Program-made: the position numbers and the translations under genes
Shown: positions 27,877 through 42,720 of the stretch, one piece after another
How the letters are laid out: each line of letters opens with the position of its first letter
Numbering within the stretch: position 1 is the stretch's first letter
The notes under the pieces: model-generated
Seen by the model: only the letters and a program-made list of their open reading frames with translations
Databases searched by the model: none
What the model was told of the DNA's origin: nothing
Assembly: GCA_012295275.1 (NCBI GenBank)
Contig: CM022670.1
Location: 12,834,001-12,898,000 of the forward strand
Source of the DNA: Chrysomallon squamiferum
Taxonomy: Eukaryota > Animalia > Mollusca
Length of the DNA stretch: 64,000 bases
Direction of reading: 5' to 3'

Positions 27877-27933
27877 GTTTGTGTTTGTGTGTGTTTGTGT
27901 GTGTGTGTTATATATATATATATATATATATAT
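27767..27933. repeat. Compound (TA)n/(GT)n microsatellite
   Basis: Direct reading. Confidence 0.9.
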
Positions 27934-30900
27934 AAACACAATTACTTACCAGTCATATATTGTGTATTGTACATGCTTTCATGTTTCTTTATTTAATAAT
28001 AAATCTGGCAAATCATTTAACAAACACATTAAAGGATTTTCTTTTCATTCTTTTTCTTTTTTTCTTTTTTTTTTTTTTTTTTTATATAAATTTTTGTATT
28101 CTGAATATATTTGTCAGTTATAGCAGTGTTATAATTCCATTATCTTGGATCTTACAGCACAACTGATTGTAGAATATACTGAAAGTAGAGAAACATTGCT
28201 GTTTCCATACATTAATGATTTATTTATTGATTAATGGATATATTGAGAAAGATTTTGTTGCCTAATTTGATTTTGATTGGCATTCTGAAATATAGATTGG
28301 CATTTTGTTGTTGTTGTTCCTCTTCAAATGCAAAAGTAATATAGGCTGCCTAACATATAAATTTACCATAAACTTTTGTCATGAAATAATTTAATTTCTT
28401 TTCTTTCTTTTTTTAGGACAGGATAAGAAAGTTGTTTCTTAAATTTTGGCTTTTATAATTTGATAGTGAACAGTAACTAAAAGAACTATTTATAAACAGA
28501 AGACAAATAATGTACAGAGTTGTATGATCGTAATCTACACTTCAATAACATATTCACTGCAATCTGTTTTTTTCCAAACTTATTTTCATCTATTACACCT
28601 GCAGTTTACACCTGACTATGAAGTGGAGAACTCCTTTCATTAGTAAATCATGTACAGCAGTAGACTGAATTTAGTTGTCGAGTCCAGTTACTCTTAAAGC
28701 TTAAAGGCATGCATTAAATGGCCATAAAGGGTATCATGACTTGTCCTTACATACCTCAGAATCATCTGATATGTGGGTATGTCACATGTGTAGAAATTCG
28801 GTTTGTTTATTCTTTTCAAGAATATGGTTTCTTGAGTGGGGAATTTTTTTAACTATATAACTAACAGTTTTTATAATGCATATCATCAAGTGTTAATAAA
28901 AGGAATATGGAAAGATTACTGTCTGTTGTAGATAAACTTTTTAGAATTTTGAAGATGTTTATTACTTTTACAAGACATAATAATATAGCTTTAAAGGTCA
29001 GTCACTGCAAACAGTTATGTTACCAAAAAGCTTTTGATTTGCATCATGGACAAAACATAATGAGTTAGATTCACACCTCAGTAAATAAGTATCTGTTCTC
29101 TTTGTGTGAAATTAGGTTGTAAATCTTCTTGTAGAATATTATCTCTCAAGTTTTTGATAAATGTAAACTTCTAGAATAAGGATTTTCCATATTTTTAACT
29201 TTATTAATTTTATAAACCCAATATCTTTTGTACAGATGTATCTTACTTTGTTTCAAATTTTAATGTCTTTAAATGTTTTTATTATCTCCATTTGTCTTTA
29301 TATTATTTAAAATTATTTTTAAAAACTCATTTAAAATGTTTGGTTTTTTTGGTTCTGTTTCAGTTAAAATTCAAGGTTACTAATTTTTCGTTTTACTTTT
29401 CCACATCTGGGTTTTGAAATCTGTAGTTTTCAATTTTAATTCAGTTTACAAAAAAAAAAATAATAATAATAACATTAATCACTTGAACTTGTGTTCTAAC
29501 CTAAAATACCTCTGTTACTTTGAATTAACTGATCTATGTTACACATGCCAGAAATTCAAACAAAAAGCTTTATTTTATCTGTGTGCAGGATGTAAGCAAT
29601 TTTTGTTGTCATTTAAAATGTATTGTTTTTGCTAGACAAGCAAACATTATGCAAAAACAAAGTTGAATACTTTCTAAAAAATGAACAATCAGCATCTGGC
29701 TCCCCCAACCTCAACACCCCACAAAAACCTCCACAAATAACAACAACAGAAAAATCATTCAAAATGATGTATGAGGTTCATTGTTGTTTGGTATATACAT
29801 AAAATGAATTGGATGAGTCGTCAGGTTAATTGTGTAATATGCTATGCCATGACATGCCAGAATGATTAATGCTCAGAATAAAAGACAGACAGAAAAACAA
29901 CATCCATTAGACATGTAACAAATCAGGTGACAGACAAGCTAACTGAAGTAAACCTGTAACAGATTAACTTTATAACGTAGTGCAAGCTGTTTTACTCAAC
30001 ACTGTGATGTTATTGTTATGGAAATTAAACACCAAACTGGTCTGATTGATTTTTGAAATATCTCAAGTAAAATCAACGCTGTTCAAGTGTGTCAGAAGCC
30101 TGACATCAGACTGTGAGTCACCAAGGAGCTTGTGGCACATCGACAGCAAACATCTTGGTGAAATGAGATGAAGTTTAAGCTTCGATAATTGGCCAATTTG
30201 TGATCTGTCTGCTCCAGTGCTTAAAACCAGTACATTACAAATCATAGTCTCAGTAGTATTGAGATCATCATTAAAATAATTGTTATTCCATGTTTTTCAG
30301 TCTGACAGGAATATTTATGGCTTGCTGTTTCTAAATATTCAAATGATCTAAACAAAAAATTAAAGAAATATAATGTATGTGTATGTGGCTGTTTAATGCA
30401 CATGTATATGCAGGTATTTATTTATAAATAAAAAACATTGTATATAAATAATTTTTAAAATGTCTTTAACATTAACCAAACCTAATAATTAAAAAAAAAA
30501 AAAAAAATTATGTTGATAACACATCTTTTATTATTTATTTTTATTTATTGTTTTGTTTTTGTTGTAATATTATTATTATTTTTTTAATTATTTCTTATAG
30601 AAGTTGGAAAGGGGGAATCCTTCCATGAAACAGAATTATTCTTTCTTTGGGCACTAAGATGATAGGTTTCTCATTATATGAAGTGTTTCATTACAGTACA
30701 TACATGAGCATGTTTGTGTTACAATGAGAGAGAGAGAGAGAGAAACAGAGAGAGAAAGAGAGAGAACAACAAAATAAAGTTTAATATTATTTATTCATTC
30801 CATTCTTTTTTCTTACGTTTTAACTTACCATTTCTAATATTCAGTTATGTTCAGTTTTGCTGCATTTCAGTTTGTTTTATTTGTTTTTAATGTATCATTT

Positions 30901-32416
30901 ATTTATTATGTTACTGTTTTGTTATTGTTATTATTATTATTTCTTTACTTATATATATATATATATATATTTTTTTAAATCTAAATTGCCTCATAACCCA
31001 AATATCTTTTTTATGCATAATTTATGGCAGCTTGTAATACACAAGGCAAGGTAAAGAACTATTTTAGTATTGTTCAAGTACCTTCATAAATTTGTTTTAA
31101 GCACTCAATAAAATGAAATTGTAATGCCAAAACTATAAAATAAATCTTACACAGATACTTGTGCATACTGACAAATGACTGGCTTCATATTACTACATAT
31201 ATATTTTTATTTATTTTTACATTTTTTCAAATGATTTACTGTCAAGTGTTTTTAATTATATCATATGTGATTTTAACTGTATAGTTTTGAATTTAATACT
31301 TTCTCTTCTTTTTTTTTTCTCCATTATTTATGTTTTTAATTAGTTTTTTCTTTTCTTTATTTTTAATACATCAGTTTTTGATCAGTCATAGGATAAGTTG
31401 CAGCATCATTCTAGTCATTATCTGATGTCTTTTTTATCAAGTCATGATAAATAACAGGTTTACTTATAAATTGATGCTTACTCATTTTTATTTTTATTTC
31501 AATTCTATTTTCTTTTTTTTTTAATAATTCAATATAACTGATAAATTAAAATTACCATATTATTATTATATAACAACACAAAACCCCCATTATTTGTTAT
31601 AATTCCAGTGAGTCAACAATAATGGCAATCAGTGTGTTTATTTCATATTACAAAAAAAAAAAATTATTTAAAAATTAAAATAAAATAAGAAAGAATAAAT
31701 AAAAAAGTTATTTATAACTGTATTTATAACAAATTTTATTTTATTATTTTATTTTTTATTTTTATTTTTATTTTTATTTTTTTATTATTAGTATTAATAA
31801 ATTAGCAAAGTGATTGTTTTATTAACTCACTAATGAACTAACTGTACACTGACTGGGAGTTCCCTGTAATATCAATTGTCATAATATCACTTGTCAGACA
31901 GATGTGACTCACCAGTCTGTTGTTGTAGCTGGGGGTGGATGTGTGTTCTTAGTATCAAGAACTATTTATACATTCCAGACACAACTGTGGCAAAATTTCA
32001 ACATTCCAGCCAATTTTCCCTCATCAATAGCAAATAATAAAACACTGAGCCAAAGGGAAATACCAGTACATGTTTCACTGACCCAGCATTTTCTTTCTTT
32101 ATTTGAATGCAGTTTGTAATGAGAATCAGTGAAATGCATATTGCAGATATGACATTCTCAGCTGAAAAAAAAACCAGTAACAGTTTCCTTGATCAAGCAT
32201 TTATGTATTATTTATTTATAAAAAACAAGTTATTAATATTAAACTGTGTTAATTTTACAGTAGAGAATAATGTATGTCAGCTTGGACCCTTGAAGTCTGA
32301 CAGAAGTTTCCCAGTATTATTTATTTATATAAAGGAAATTATTGATATTAAATAACATTAATTTTTCATAAACTGTGTTGAGTCACCTGGAAATAACTTC
32401 ATATATGATTCCATAG

Positions 32417-32472
<56 letters not shown>

Positions 32473-34708
32473 ATAATTTTTTTTTTTTTTTTTTTTTTTA
32501 ATAACTGTATAGAAATAAAACATAATACAATTGCCTGACTGTATTCAAAACTAGTTGTTAATACTAAATCGTGATCTGCATTTTTATTGTTGTGTGAATG
32601 GAGTAATATCAAATACCATGTTCCTTCTGGAAATGTTATTGAATATTTCCATGACACAGTAGATACTTTAAAACAAATGCTTTATTTCTTTACTTTTTTT
32701 TGCTTAATTTTTGATAATTTTTTATTAGTATTAAATCATGTTAATTGTGTAATAATGTCACGGACTAGAAATAATCAATGATTATTGTGGTTATACATTT
32801 TCATAATCTCACTGTAACAAAAATTTATACTTGGGATTATGGGTTCATGCTGACCCAGAACAGACCATTTAAGAAGAAATAACTCACAAAATAAATAAAT
32901 AAATAAGTTAATTGCTATAGTTGTAGTAGTAGTAGCAGTAGTAGTAATAATAATAATAATAACAATGATAACAAAAATTGATCATATTACATAGTTTGTA
33001 TATAAAATATCCTTTGCAATCAATTGATAAAAGTAGCAAATTATTAATAACAGTGTATCACTATATTAATGCAAACAGCTAACAGTACTCATTCATTCAG
33101 AAATGATTTAGGTCTTTAATTTCAGTTTGATTTTGATGCCTCATTACTGAAGAATACCAAACTCATTACCGCATGCTTTTCATTCACTAATAGTAAAGTG
33201 ATACATTTTACACGTCAATACTAGTAATCTGTTTCAAAACCTGTCTTTAGGTGCATAATTAAAGATGTATTTTTTTTCAAATATTGTTTATGTAATCTTG
33301 TTATGCCAAGTATGCAAACATTGCTGCATGTAACATGAGATATGATTATTTTGGTAGAGCAGCAACAGCAGGTATGGGAGATGCTGAACAGATCAATGTT
33401 GTATATTGTTGACAGCCAGGTACTTGCTGGATGAATCGTTTCAGAACAACTTAAAGTCATTTCCTGGGAACCTAAGTCATTTCCTATTTTTGTGAGTGGT
33501 TTTTAGGAGATTAATTTGACAGAGTGGACAGAGGATTGGGGAGTTGATGAAAGATTATTTAAACAGAATCAGTATGGTTGCTGCTTTAAGACTATATACT
33601 AAACATGTATGTTGGTGAAAGCTTTCCAAAATGTCACCTGTTAGTGACGGGTAATGAATAGTGGGTGTTGTGACATGATTAAAGATATTTTTACAAGGTG
33701 GACATTGCAGTGGGCTAAAGAACCCTAACCAAAATGCCATCATGATGTTTGATAATGATCAGTTATTTCATATTTTTCACATACAAAATGTTATTTCAAA
33801 ATGTCCATCAGTATTTATTGATAAAATATTTCATATGGTGGGTATGAATTAACAAAAATTACATTAATATATCTAGTAGTAGAATATAAAAAATGATTTT
33901 CCATTAACAAAGACAGTGGATTAGAGAAAGTGGTTTAAATAAAAAAGGTCTATGGACATGCTTAGTTAGTGTCTATTTTACTTTCTGTTTTTTCCACAGA
34001 CAATAATGATATTCTAAAAGGTATTACTACTATAATCCAGCTGAAACTGGACAGACATGCCAGTGTATTAATAACAACAGTTCACATAAAATCACAGTAA
34101 TAAATTCAAAAGAAGAAGGTGATATAATTCATTTATGGATGTACAACCAACACTAGATAATGAACCCACAGCAGGGGTGCTTGAATCTTGCTGTATATAA
34201 ATTAATAAATTAACCCAGCACACAGCAGACAGGTCCAGAATAAACAGATTTATAGAATTTGTCAATAGACAGATGAGTCAGTCTGGAAAGCTTTTTCCAA
34301 ATTAAATTCCACCAGTAGCAGACCATTGAGCTATTTACATAATTCCTCCTGTGACTGTTAAAAAACAGTCTGCCTCTGTTTCAGTAATTATATAGCTTTC
34401 TGGTGTTACTTTTTTCTGTACAAATCAGTTACAAGAGATATTTTTAATTTTTTTTTAAATACATCTGTAATTGAATTGTATCAGTTTACATTAGTTATTC
34501 TGAACATTAGTAATTCTGGAAGCATTTTTAATATAATTAATCATGAAAACATATTTGTCTTTTTTATGCTATTGAAATTAGAATGTTTCAAAAAGTTTGT
34601 TTTTATTTTAATATAATTATTTGCTTTCTATAAAATACCTGTACAGACATACATGCAAACTAACCAGAAAATGTATGCCTTTATTCAGAAGGTGAAAATG
34701 GAATAAAA

Positions 34709-34743
<35 letters not shown>

Positions 34744-35529
34744 ATATAAATAAAAATAATAATAAACAAAACATTATACTAAAAGAAAACATTTAATTTT
34801 GATATTAATTGCTCAAGCCTTTTTCACTCCTGATGAAATAAACCATGATCTTGATGATACAGATTAATATTTAGTGCTTGTTTCAACAAACCACAAACCC
34901 TTCAGAATCAGAGCTTGAAAGAAAGATAATATGAGAGAGAGAAAGATAAACAGAGAAGAGAAAATAATTTTAAAAATACTAACAGTTTTCACATTCTGTT
35001 GTAGAAATTCACAGCTTTTTTGTTTTCCATTGTTAATCAGGTGAAAGCAATCTGTGTTTTACCTTATCTTCTCACAGTTTCTCTTTCAGTGCAGTAGATA
35101 AACTCATAGTGACCTTTCATTCTGTGGTTTCTTAACATCATAGTAACAGCAGAATGTAGACACACTCATTGTTTATTTCTTATTTCATTAATGTACTTGT
35201 TTAATTTATTTTCAAATTTTCCTATGCAGTAAATTAATGTAAATATGTGTACTGTACACTTTTTCATTGATTTCCTGTGCTGGTATATTTAACACAGTGT
35301 AGTTGTGATCTTTTCTGTACAGAGTGTCATCAAATATTTATTTATTCATTTATTTGGTTTCAAATCTCTAATAATAAATGTTTATAGTTTGTATTTACAT
35401 AATACAATTGACACCATTGTTTTTAACTATATAATTCATTTAGCACCTAATTATTTATAAATTTATTCTTTTTTTTAATTTTTTACATTCAGTGGATGTA
35501 TTTGTTTCTTTTTGTTGGTTTTTCTTTTT

Positions 35530-35566
<37 letters not shown>

Positions 35567-35879
35567 GTTATTCATTTTTGTAAATTTGTTTTTTAATTTT
35601 TAATTTAATTTATATTTATTTAGATATTATACTGCATTTTTTCTTCTTTTTAGAATACAGTATATAAGTTATCAGTTTTTCCTTCATAAATAAATAAAGT
35701 GTTTAATATGTGCTTCTGCACATTTTAATATAAACATCGTAGGTTTTCTCTTATATATATATATATATATATATTGTGTGATGAGATGAGACAGGAAAGA
35801 TATTAACATGTTCAGTATTTATAATAGAACTATTATTATTTATTATTTATTTTTAAAATTATTAGTTTATTGCTGTTTG

Positions 35880-35931
<52 letters not shown>

Positions 35932-37737
35932 AATTATTATTCTTATATTTATGAACTGGTTTTCATTTATTTTTCTCAGTGCATTCTGCTGGAATATCCT
36001 AGGAGGTCATGCATATAAAAGATCTCCTGTTGCTATCAGATATTGTTGTGCCAGTATTTTCTTTTTTTATGATCATATGACAGACACTGAATAACTTAGT
36101 CGACAACTTATGGTAAAGCCAGTGAAAGTCTTGCAAATTAATCATTCTTTTTCTCTTGGTGATTAATCTTATAAATATTTTGTATGGCTTAATGTTAAAA
36201 TGTCTTTGGAATTATTCATACAAATGATTTACATGATTGTTACAAGGTCAGAGAAAAGCCCACCAAATTAATTTTGAAGATCATTTCACCATGCCTGATG
36301 ATCGGTACTGAACCGTATTTATGACAAAAGTGTTTTTGAGAGCACTTGAAAGCCACTGTAATATATGGTGTTAACAAGACAGCCAGGGTATCATACCAAA
36401 AGAGGTATTAGTCACAATGACAAATTATTGTTCAGAAACTGCATGTGGGGGGTCATGAGTCTAAGGTTGAAAGGTTTTTTTTGAATATAAAAGACGATAT
36501 ATTAATTATAAAGAGTATTAAAGGTTTGAAAATATTTCAGTTTGAAACTTACCTTTATATAAAATGTATACTGTAATACTAATAACATAAATGAGTCAGA
36601 ATATGAAATCATTTTAGTAAAAGTTGTCAGAGCTTGGTATACTTCGAAAGTTTTATGACTGCCTAGACATTTTACGCCAGTGAGTTTTCACAACCTGACA
36701 ACCGCCTGCTGAGTCAACTTCAAGTCGTAGCAGTCTGACAACTTCTTAAAATTCATTTATTATTAGGTTGTTTTTTTAACCCATTTTAGATGCAACTGAA
36801 TACATATTAGGTACCCAGGTATTAGGTCTGCGTGAAAAATAAATTCTTTCGGATAAACAGGGTTACAGTGAAAAATAACCATTTCAAAATAGATGTAATT
36901 CTGGCCTTTCATTTCATAATACTTGGATAAATAGGATGGAATATATTTTCCAGAAAAATAATAAAAGAGGAAAAGGAAAAGATAAATTAAAATGAAATTG
37001 TATAAGAGAGTCTGGTAAATGCATAAACTAATAATCCTACAGATAATCAGTAAAACCTACAATAGTAACATCTTTTCTTTCTCAGATATGTTAATTAATA
37101 ATCATTAATATTAAAATAGCTTAATGCATTGTCAAATAAATAAGCTCTGTTTTCTGAAATTTGTTACAAATTATAATTTTTGTTGAATAAAGTTTGATCA
37201 TTTAGAATATTTCATAATCCCAGCAGTATTCCTACATTTCTAAATCTGTATTTATAATACAGAACATTTAATTTGTTTGAGAACCACTGGAAGCATTTTT
37301 ACATCCAGTCAGTCTACTGTTTGTGATGTATGAAAGGCTGTGGTATGTGCTTTACTGTTAGTATAATCAGAACCCTAATAAAATACAGTCATCTCGCAGT
37401 TTTTAACTAATATAATAGTTTTAGTTAGTAACTTATCTGTTCCCCTGATGAATGTGTTTGGTTTCTGGGTTAAGTTAACGTTAGTAGAAGTGTCAGTTGG
37501 ATGCTGACTGGTATTCCTCATAGAACTGATAAACACAGTGTAGTCTCTTCAATGCAGACAGTTAGATGTTGAAATCAGGCAAACTGCCAGATGAAGTTTT
37601 CTTTCAGAATTACAGTGACAGGCAGTATTTGTGTGTGGAAGACATTTTTCAGTCAAGTTGTTTTAATGTTATTTATTTATTTATTTAACTGTAGAAATAA
37701 GGAAAATAATTTTATTTACTTGACCTATAGATACATA

Positions 37738-37765
37738 TATTATAACATATGGATCTGTTAGTCTA

Positions 37766-37799
<34 letters not shown>

Positions 37800-37827
37800 T
37801 AGATTAACAGATCCATATGTTATAATA
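37738..37827. repeat. 90-bp near-perfect palindrome centred on (TA)n
   Basis: TATTATAACATATGGATCTGTTAGTCTAATT-(TA)n-AATTAGATTAACAGATCCATATGTTATAATA, with one mismatch between the arms. Confidence 0.95.
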
Positions 37828-40372
37828 CAGACATGACTATTCTGGAATATATTTCACATGCCTCATTTTGTTATTACTTCATGTAATTAATTTTATTTTA
37901 TTACACTGGTCTAGTGAATTTCATCAAGAGTCATATTTGCTTACCTGGAGCATGAAATGAATATTTAGTGATGCCATTATTTATGCCAGCAATGGTGGTT
38001 GCTTTTAAAAAATATAAATATTTTACTGCTGTTCAACACTAATAAAATGTTGGACATATCTTTTTAACTTTGATTACATATCAAAATGGTTTATCGCTTT
38101 AGAATCCAACTACTTTCCAGAGGCTGCATTTTCAGTACTGGTAATTAATAATGATCCTTATCTGTTAATGTTTTATTTTTATTTTTATATGTATAATACA
38201 TTCCCTTTCTTTTTCTATTCCTAATCTGTTTAAAATAAAATATACACAAAAACAAAACAAAAAACAAAAAAACATCAATAAAATAAATATAAATAACTAA
38301 ATAAATAAATTAATTAATTAATTAATTAAAAAAAATAAAGTCAACAAATGCCTCTCAAATAAATCTTTGAGCTTTTCTCATCTGATGTTTTTGATATTAT
38401 AAATGGTGAGAACAGAAATTTGTAATTTATTTTTTGAGGGATAGGAAATTCACATTTTCATTACAGTACTTTTAAGATTCGGCTCTTGGTTAATTATTTT
38501 GTACAGTCTTTGGCTTAAGGCTTTGGATTTTAAAAAAAAGTAATGCCAATGTAATATAAGGCTTAGGATGAATCTAATTATTTAACCAAGAAGGAACTTT
38601 AATTAGTTAAAGAATCCAGAAGAAAAAATGAGAAAATTATGCCTTAATTATTATTATTTTTATATTAACAAGTATTAGGTGTCATTACCATTATTATGTG
38701 TGCTATTTTCAATGTTAAATATAAGAAATTTCATTCTTTTTTTTTAAATGCATTTTTTACTAGAAGTTAAACATTTACCTTGGATTCTGATTTAAAAGTT
38801 AATGGTTGACTTGATTGAGAAATAGCCCAAATCAGCAAAGAAAATAATCAAAATGTATAGTTGTTTATAAGGCAATATATTGATTAAGGATAAAACAAAC
38901 AATAATATGTTTGGGTTTAATAACTACTGATGAATCTAGTTGGCAGTGTGTCTGGTTTGAAAACTTGATATCCATGGCTAATACAGGTCTACCACCTAAA
39001 TAGAGTCAGAACATATATTTACACCCCATGTATATAAGCATAAATGTTTACTCTTCGATGGTCATTATGTGGTTGTGTCATTATACTAGCTTCTACCTTA
39101 GCTTTGCAGTTTACAATACTAGTTTACTCAGGGCTACAACAGTGTTTGCAAATTTCTCTGTAATCAGTGTCTCAACGAAGGAAGGCAGGAGTGTGTAAAG
39201 TGAATTAAACAAGATTTTTGTTTGTTCTGTCTTAGTGTGGCCATCTTCCACATTGTTCAGTTTTGTTCTTTGTCATATACACACTGGAGAGTTAGTGTGC
39301 ACAGTCCATAGTAAAAAGTTTCTGGATTTGTTCCATAATCCTTTTTCAGTGTTCAACATAATAATAAGTGACATTAGAATCAATATTTGCAAGGTCAACA
39401 ACTTTAGTGAAATGCTGGTTGACTAAATCTGGCATGAAAAATGTCTTTGAAATGCCTTTACAGCTAGTCTTAATTTTGCTGTGATCATTTTTACGTTCTT
39501 ACACATTGCCTCGTTTTTCAGTTTAAAACCTTTTGATGCAAAACTAAATATTATGTAGCATTCAGTTCTTTATTTGAGATACTTATATAATACGGTTTTC
39601 TATTTTATACAACATATCTGTGTGTTATTTATTGCATAATTAACTGTTGCAGAGAAAAAATAACTCAGTATTATGTAAGATTTGAAATATCAGTGTTCAG
39701 TACATAATTAAATAACATTCTTTAGTATTTCAACTTAAAACAGAACAATTTCAATTCAGTTAACATTATTTAAAGGCAGAATATTTCACTTACAATTAAT
39801 TTTTTTGCAGATACAATGTACTACATGTTAGGTACATTGAAAAAAAAAAAAAAAAAAAATGCTTATACAGAATTTACAAACTTCATTCTTAAAACATATG
39901 GGCTTCCCCAACAATACATTTTTATAGCAGTTATCTTCAGTCTCACATAAATATGATCAAAAACTTAACATTTTCACCTTTATAAACTTTCAACTATCTA
40001 TTACCAGACATTTACTTTGTTACAAGATAATACTTTTTTCATTTATCCATCTGTTTGTTCATTCATTTAAAAGTTAATTTTTATTTTTATTTTTCTTATT
40101 GTTTTATTAATTTAATTATTTAAAAAATGTAAGAATCTATGACTGGTGAAATTTTTTAAATCGGATTTTAAAAAAAATATATTTTTCAATTATTTATACT
40201 AATTGCAGCTTTTCAGGAGCAGATAATTAAGTTAATACAAATTAACTTAATTTGATAGACAGATGAAATGCAGGGAAATATTGAGGCCTATATTATATTT
40301 ATGATAGGATAATAAAATTCAGAAATTTTTCTTTTCTAACAGTGGTATCCTTTGCCTGTTGATTACATGCAG

Positions 40373-40390
40373 CATTGGAGATTTTCTCAG
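40373..40390 (+). CDS. shot: 18-nt alternatively spliced microexon in CH1 (HWRFSQ), plectin exon 2-alpha-like
   Basis: TGCAG|CATTGGAGATTTTCTCAG|GTTTGT, phase 0-0, lying between the KHLLK and ACRRI exons. HWR matches plectin 2-alpha HWRAE. CTAAC branch-like motif at 40336-40340. Confidence 0.8.
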
Positions 40391-40602
40391 GTTTGTTAGG
40401 CATGCTTGAGTTATCTCCCTGTCTTCTGTTGTATTTTGGCATGACTTTTGTATAGATTGGTTTTGTTTTTATTTCAGATATGGCTTGATGTGTGATCTTT
40501 ACTTTTTTCATGTTGTGATAAGATTTAGGCGATGTTTGTTAATTTAACTCATTTTGTTAATGTTTTCAGTGTTGTATTTATTTTACTGGAATTTTGTTCG
40601 TG

Positions 40603-40633
<31 letters not shown>

Positions 40634-40892
40634 GAAAGATTTTTCTTGTCTGCTGTATTGAGATTTTTGTTTTTAGAGTTGTTGTATAACTGTGTGTTTT
40701 GTTCCTTTTTAGATTTATTTTGTTAACATAGTTGTGCATGGTAACTCATTGTGTGTCAATTCAGTGTTTGCATGTTTTGTGGTAAAGTGTTTAGTAACTG
40801 GTAGATTTAGTTTGTGTAACTTGAGTTCTGAAATAAGTAATTTGATAAAGCAGTAGCTATTAGTTTCTTTCTAATACAGTTTTATAATAATC

Positions 40893-40929
<37 letters not shown>

Positions 40930-42476
40930 TAATAATAATACAAAAAATAATAATAAAGTGAAAAAAGGCAGTAATGCAGTCATGAAAAGATAAAATAATT
41001 TCTAAACATTATCAGTCACTGAAATCAGCAGTTTTATTATATTAAAATATTAGTTATAATTAATTATTACATAATATTCAAGAAGTATGCAAGGGAAACA
41101 GAAACTGCAGTAACCATCGAGTTATGGTGTTATCTTACTTCATTTTAGCAGTATTACATATATTAGACTCCTTGTTCAAACTGTCATAATGTTATTTAAT
41201 TTGGAAACTAATTTCAAATCAGGTAATTAATTGTAGGTAAGAAAGGCTAAATACTACAAAAATGTGAAATGAAAAAATTCATAAATTTTAATGTTATGCA
41301 TAACATATATTCATAGCTATCTTTGAAGTGACTTGGTTTCATAAAACTGTCTAGGAGGAAATGCTAATGTAAACCTTTATGATATTTGTTGATTGACAAG
41401 TTGTGGCTGTGCCATGTCACCTGTAAGGAATGCTGACAGGTAGATCCTTCATCTGATGTTAATTTCATAGCACATTTATCTCTGTGAAGATACATAATTA
41501 TTTGGTTTATTCCAGATTAAATTATCACAACGTTATTTACTGCTTTCTTAGATTAATATTTGGGTTTGTGGCAAATATTTTGTTTAATTTATATTTTAAT
41601 AAAGAGTCAGATCATTTTTTCAAATTTTTTAATTTATTTTAAAAATTAATAATAATAATAATGTTTCTATCATTGTTTGTTTTTACCATCTTTAAAAAAA
41701 AAAGAAAGAAAAAAAGAAAGAATATCTGTAGATTTATGATCTGAATGACTAATGCTTTCTTTGATCAAACTAAAATGATATATAATGATATACAGCACAT
41801 TGCAAAAATAGGTCTAGTCATGCTACCGTCTCATTAATGGTTAAGATTGCTAACTCGTACTTGTTATTAAGTACACATACCTGCTATATGATATATATAA
41901 CCTGTGAAACTGGAGGTATAATTTGGCAAATCATTACCTTTGTGTTTCCTAACAAAAGAACTCCTGTGAGGGTTTATAAATAAACGTGTGAACCAAACTT
42001 TTCCTCAATTCTCTGTGAGTCATCCTGTAGTATTAGGATGTTAATGTATTGAATGTTAATGTTTCAAGGTTTATTACTCACATTTACATGCAATGTGTGT
42101 GTGGCTCCATGGTTTATTGATAACTATAAGAATTAACTAGAGCCTGTTTATGTAGGGTATTTCAGTAACGGGAAAATTGAACCGATTGTTTTGTTGTAAC
42201 ATGCACAGATGTACATTGGTAATAAATGGAAGTGTACGAGAGACAAATAGTCTGCAATGATTGAGCTGCCATTGTTTATTTATTTTATTTATTTAAAGCT
42301 AAAGTTGAATTTTAATTTATATAATTGTAAATACAGAAATTAAAATTCATCAAATTACATCAAAAATATATATATTTTTGTTAGTAACATAACCACAATA
42401 TAAATGTAACATGTTTACCTGTAATTGATTTTGTAAAATGATTTAAAATTTAAATTTTGTATAGTAACAAATTATT

Positions 42477-42477
<1 letters not shown>

Positions 42478-42517
<40 letters not shown>

Positions 42518-42528
42518 CGTGCGTGCGT
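42478..42528. repeat. (GT)n(GCGT)n microsatellite
   Basis: Direct reading. Confidence 0.9.
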
Positions 42529-42720
42529 GAGTGCATGCATGGGTGTGGGTGTAAGTGATTGTAATATATTGTCCATTTTCAGATTTGAATCATAACAAAC
42601 TTTTAAAATATTGATTTTGTGCAATTCTCACTTATTTGACTTTTTTTCTGAAAACAGAATCAGTATAGAACATTGTTTGTCACATGTGATTTTAAATTAA
42701 TATTTATGTTTATTTTGTAG

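Noticed and set aside
22430-30250. Short coding-looking patches near 22.4-22.7, 25.1-25.3, 27.4-27.6 and 30.1-30.2 kb
   Set aside because: Broken frames, no recognisable motif and no consistent splice sites. Possibly transposon debris but not supportable.
41215-41245. Recursive splice (ratchet) site TAG|GTAAGA in the long intron
   Set aside because: It lacks a convincing polypyrimidine tract.
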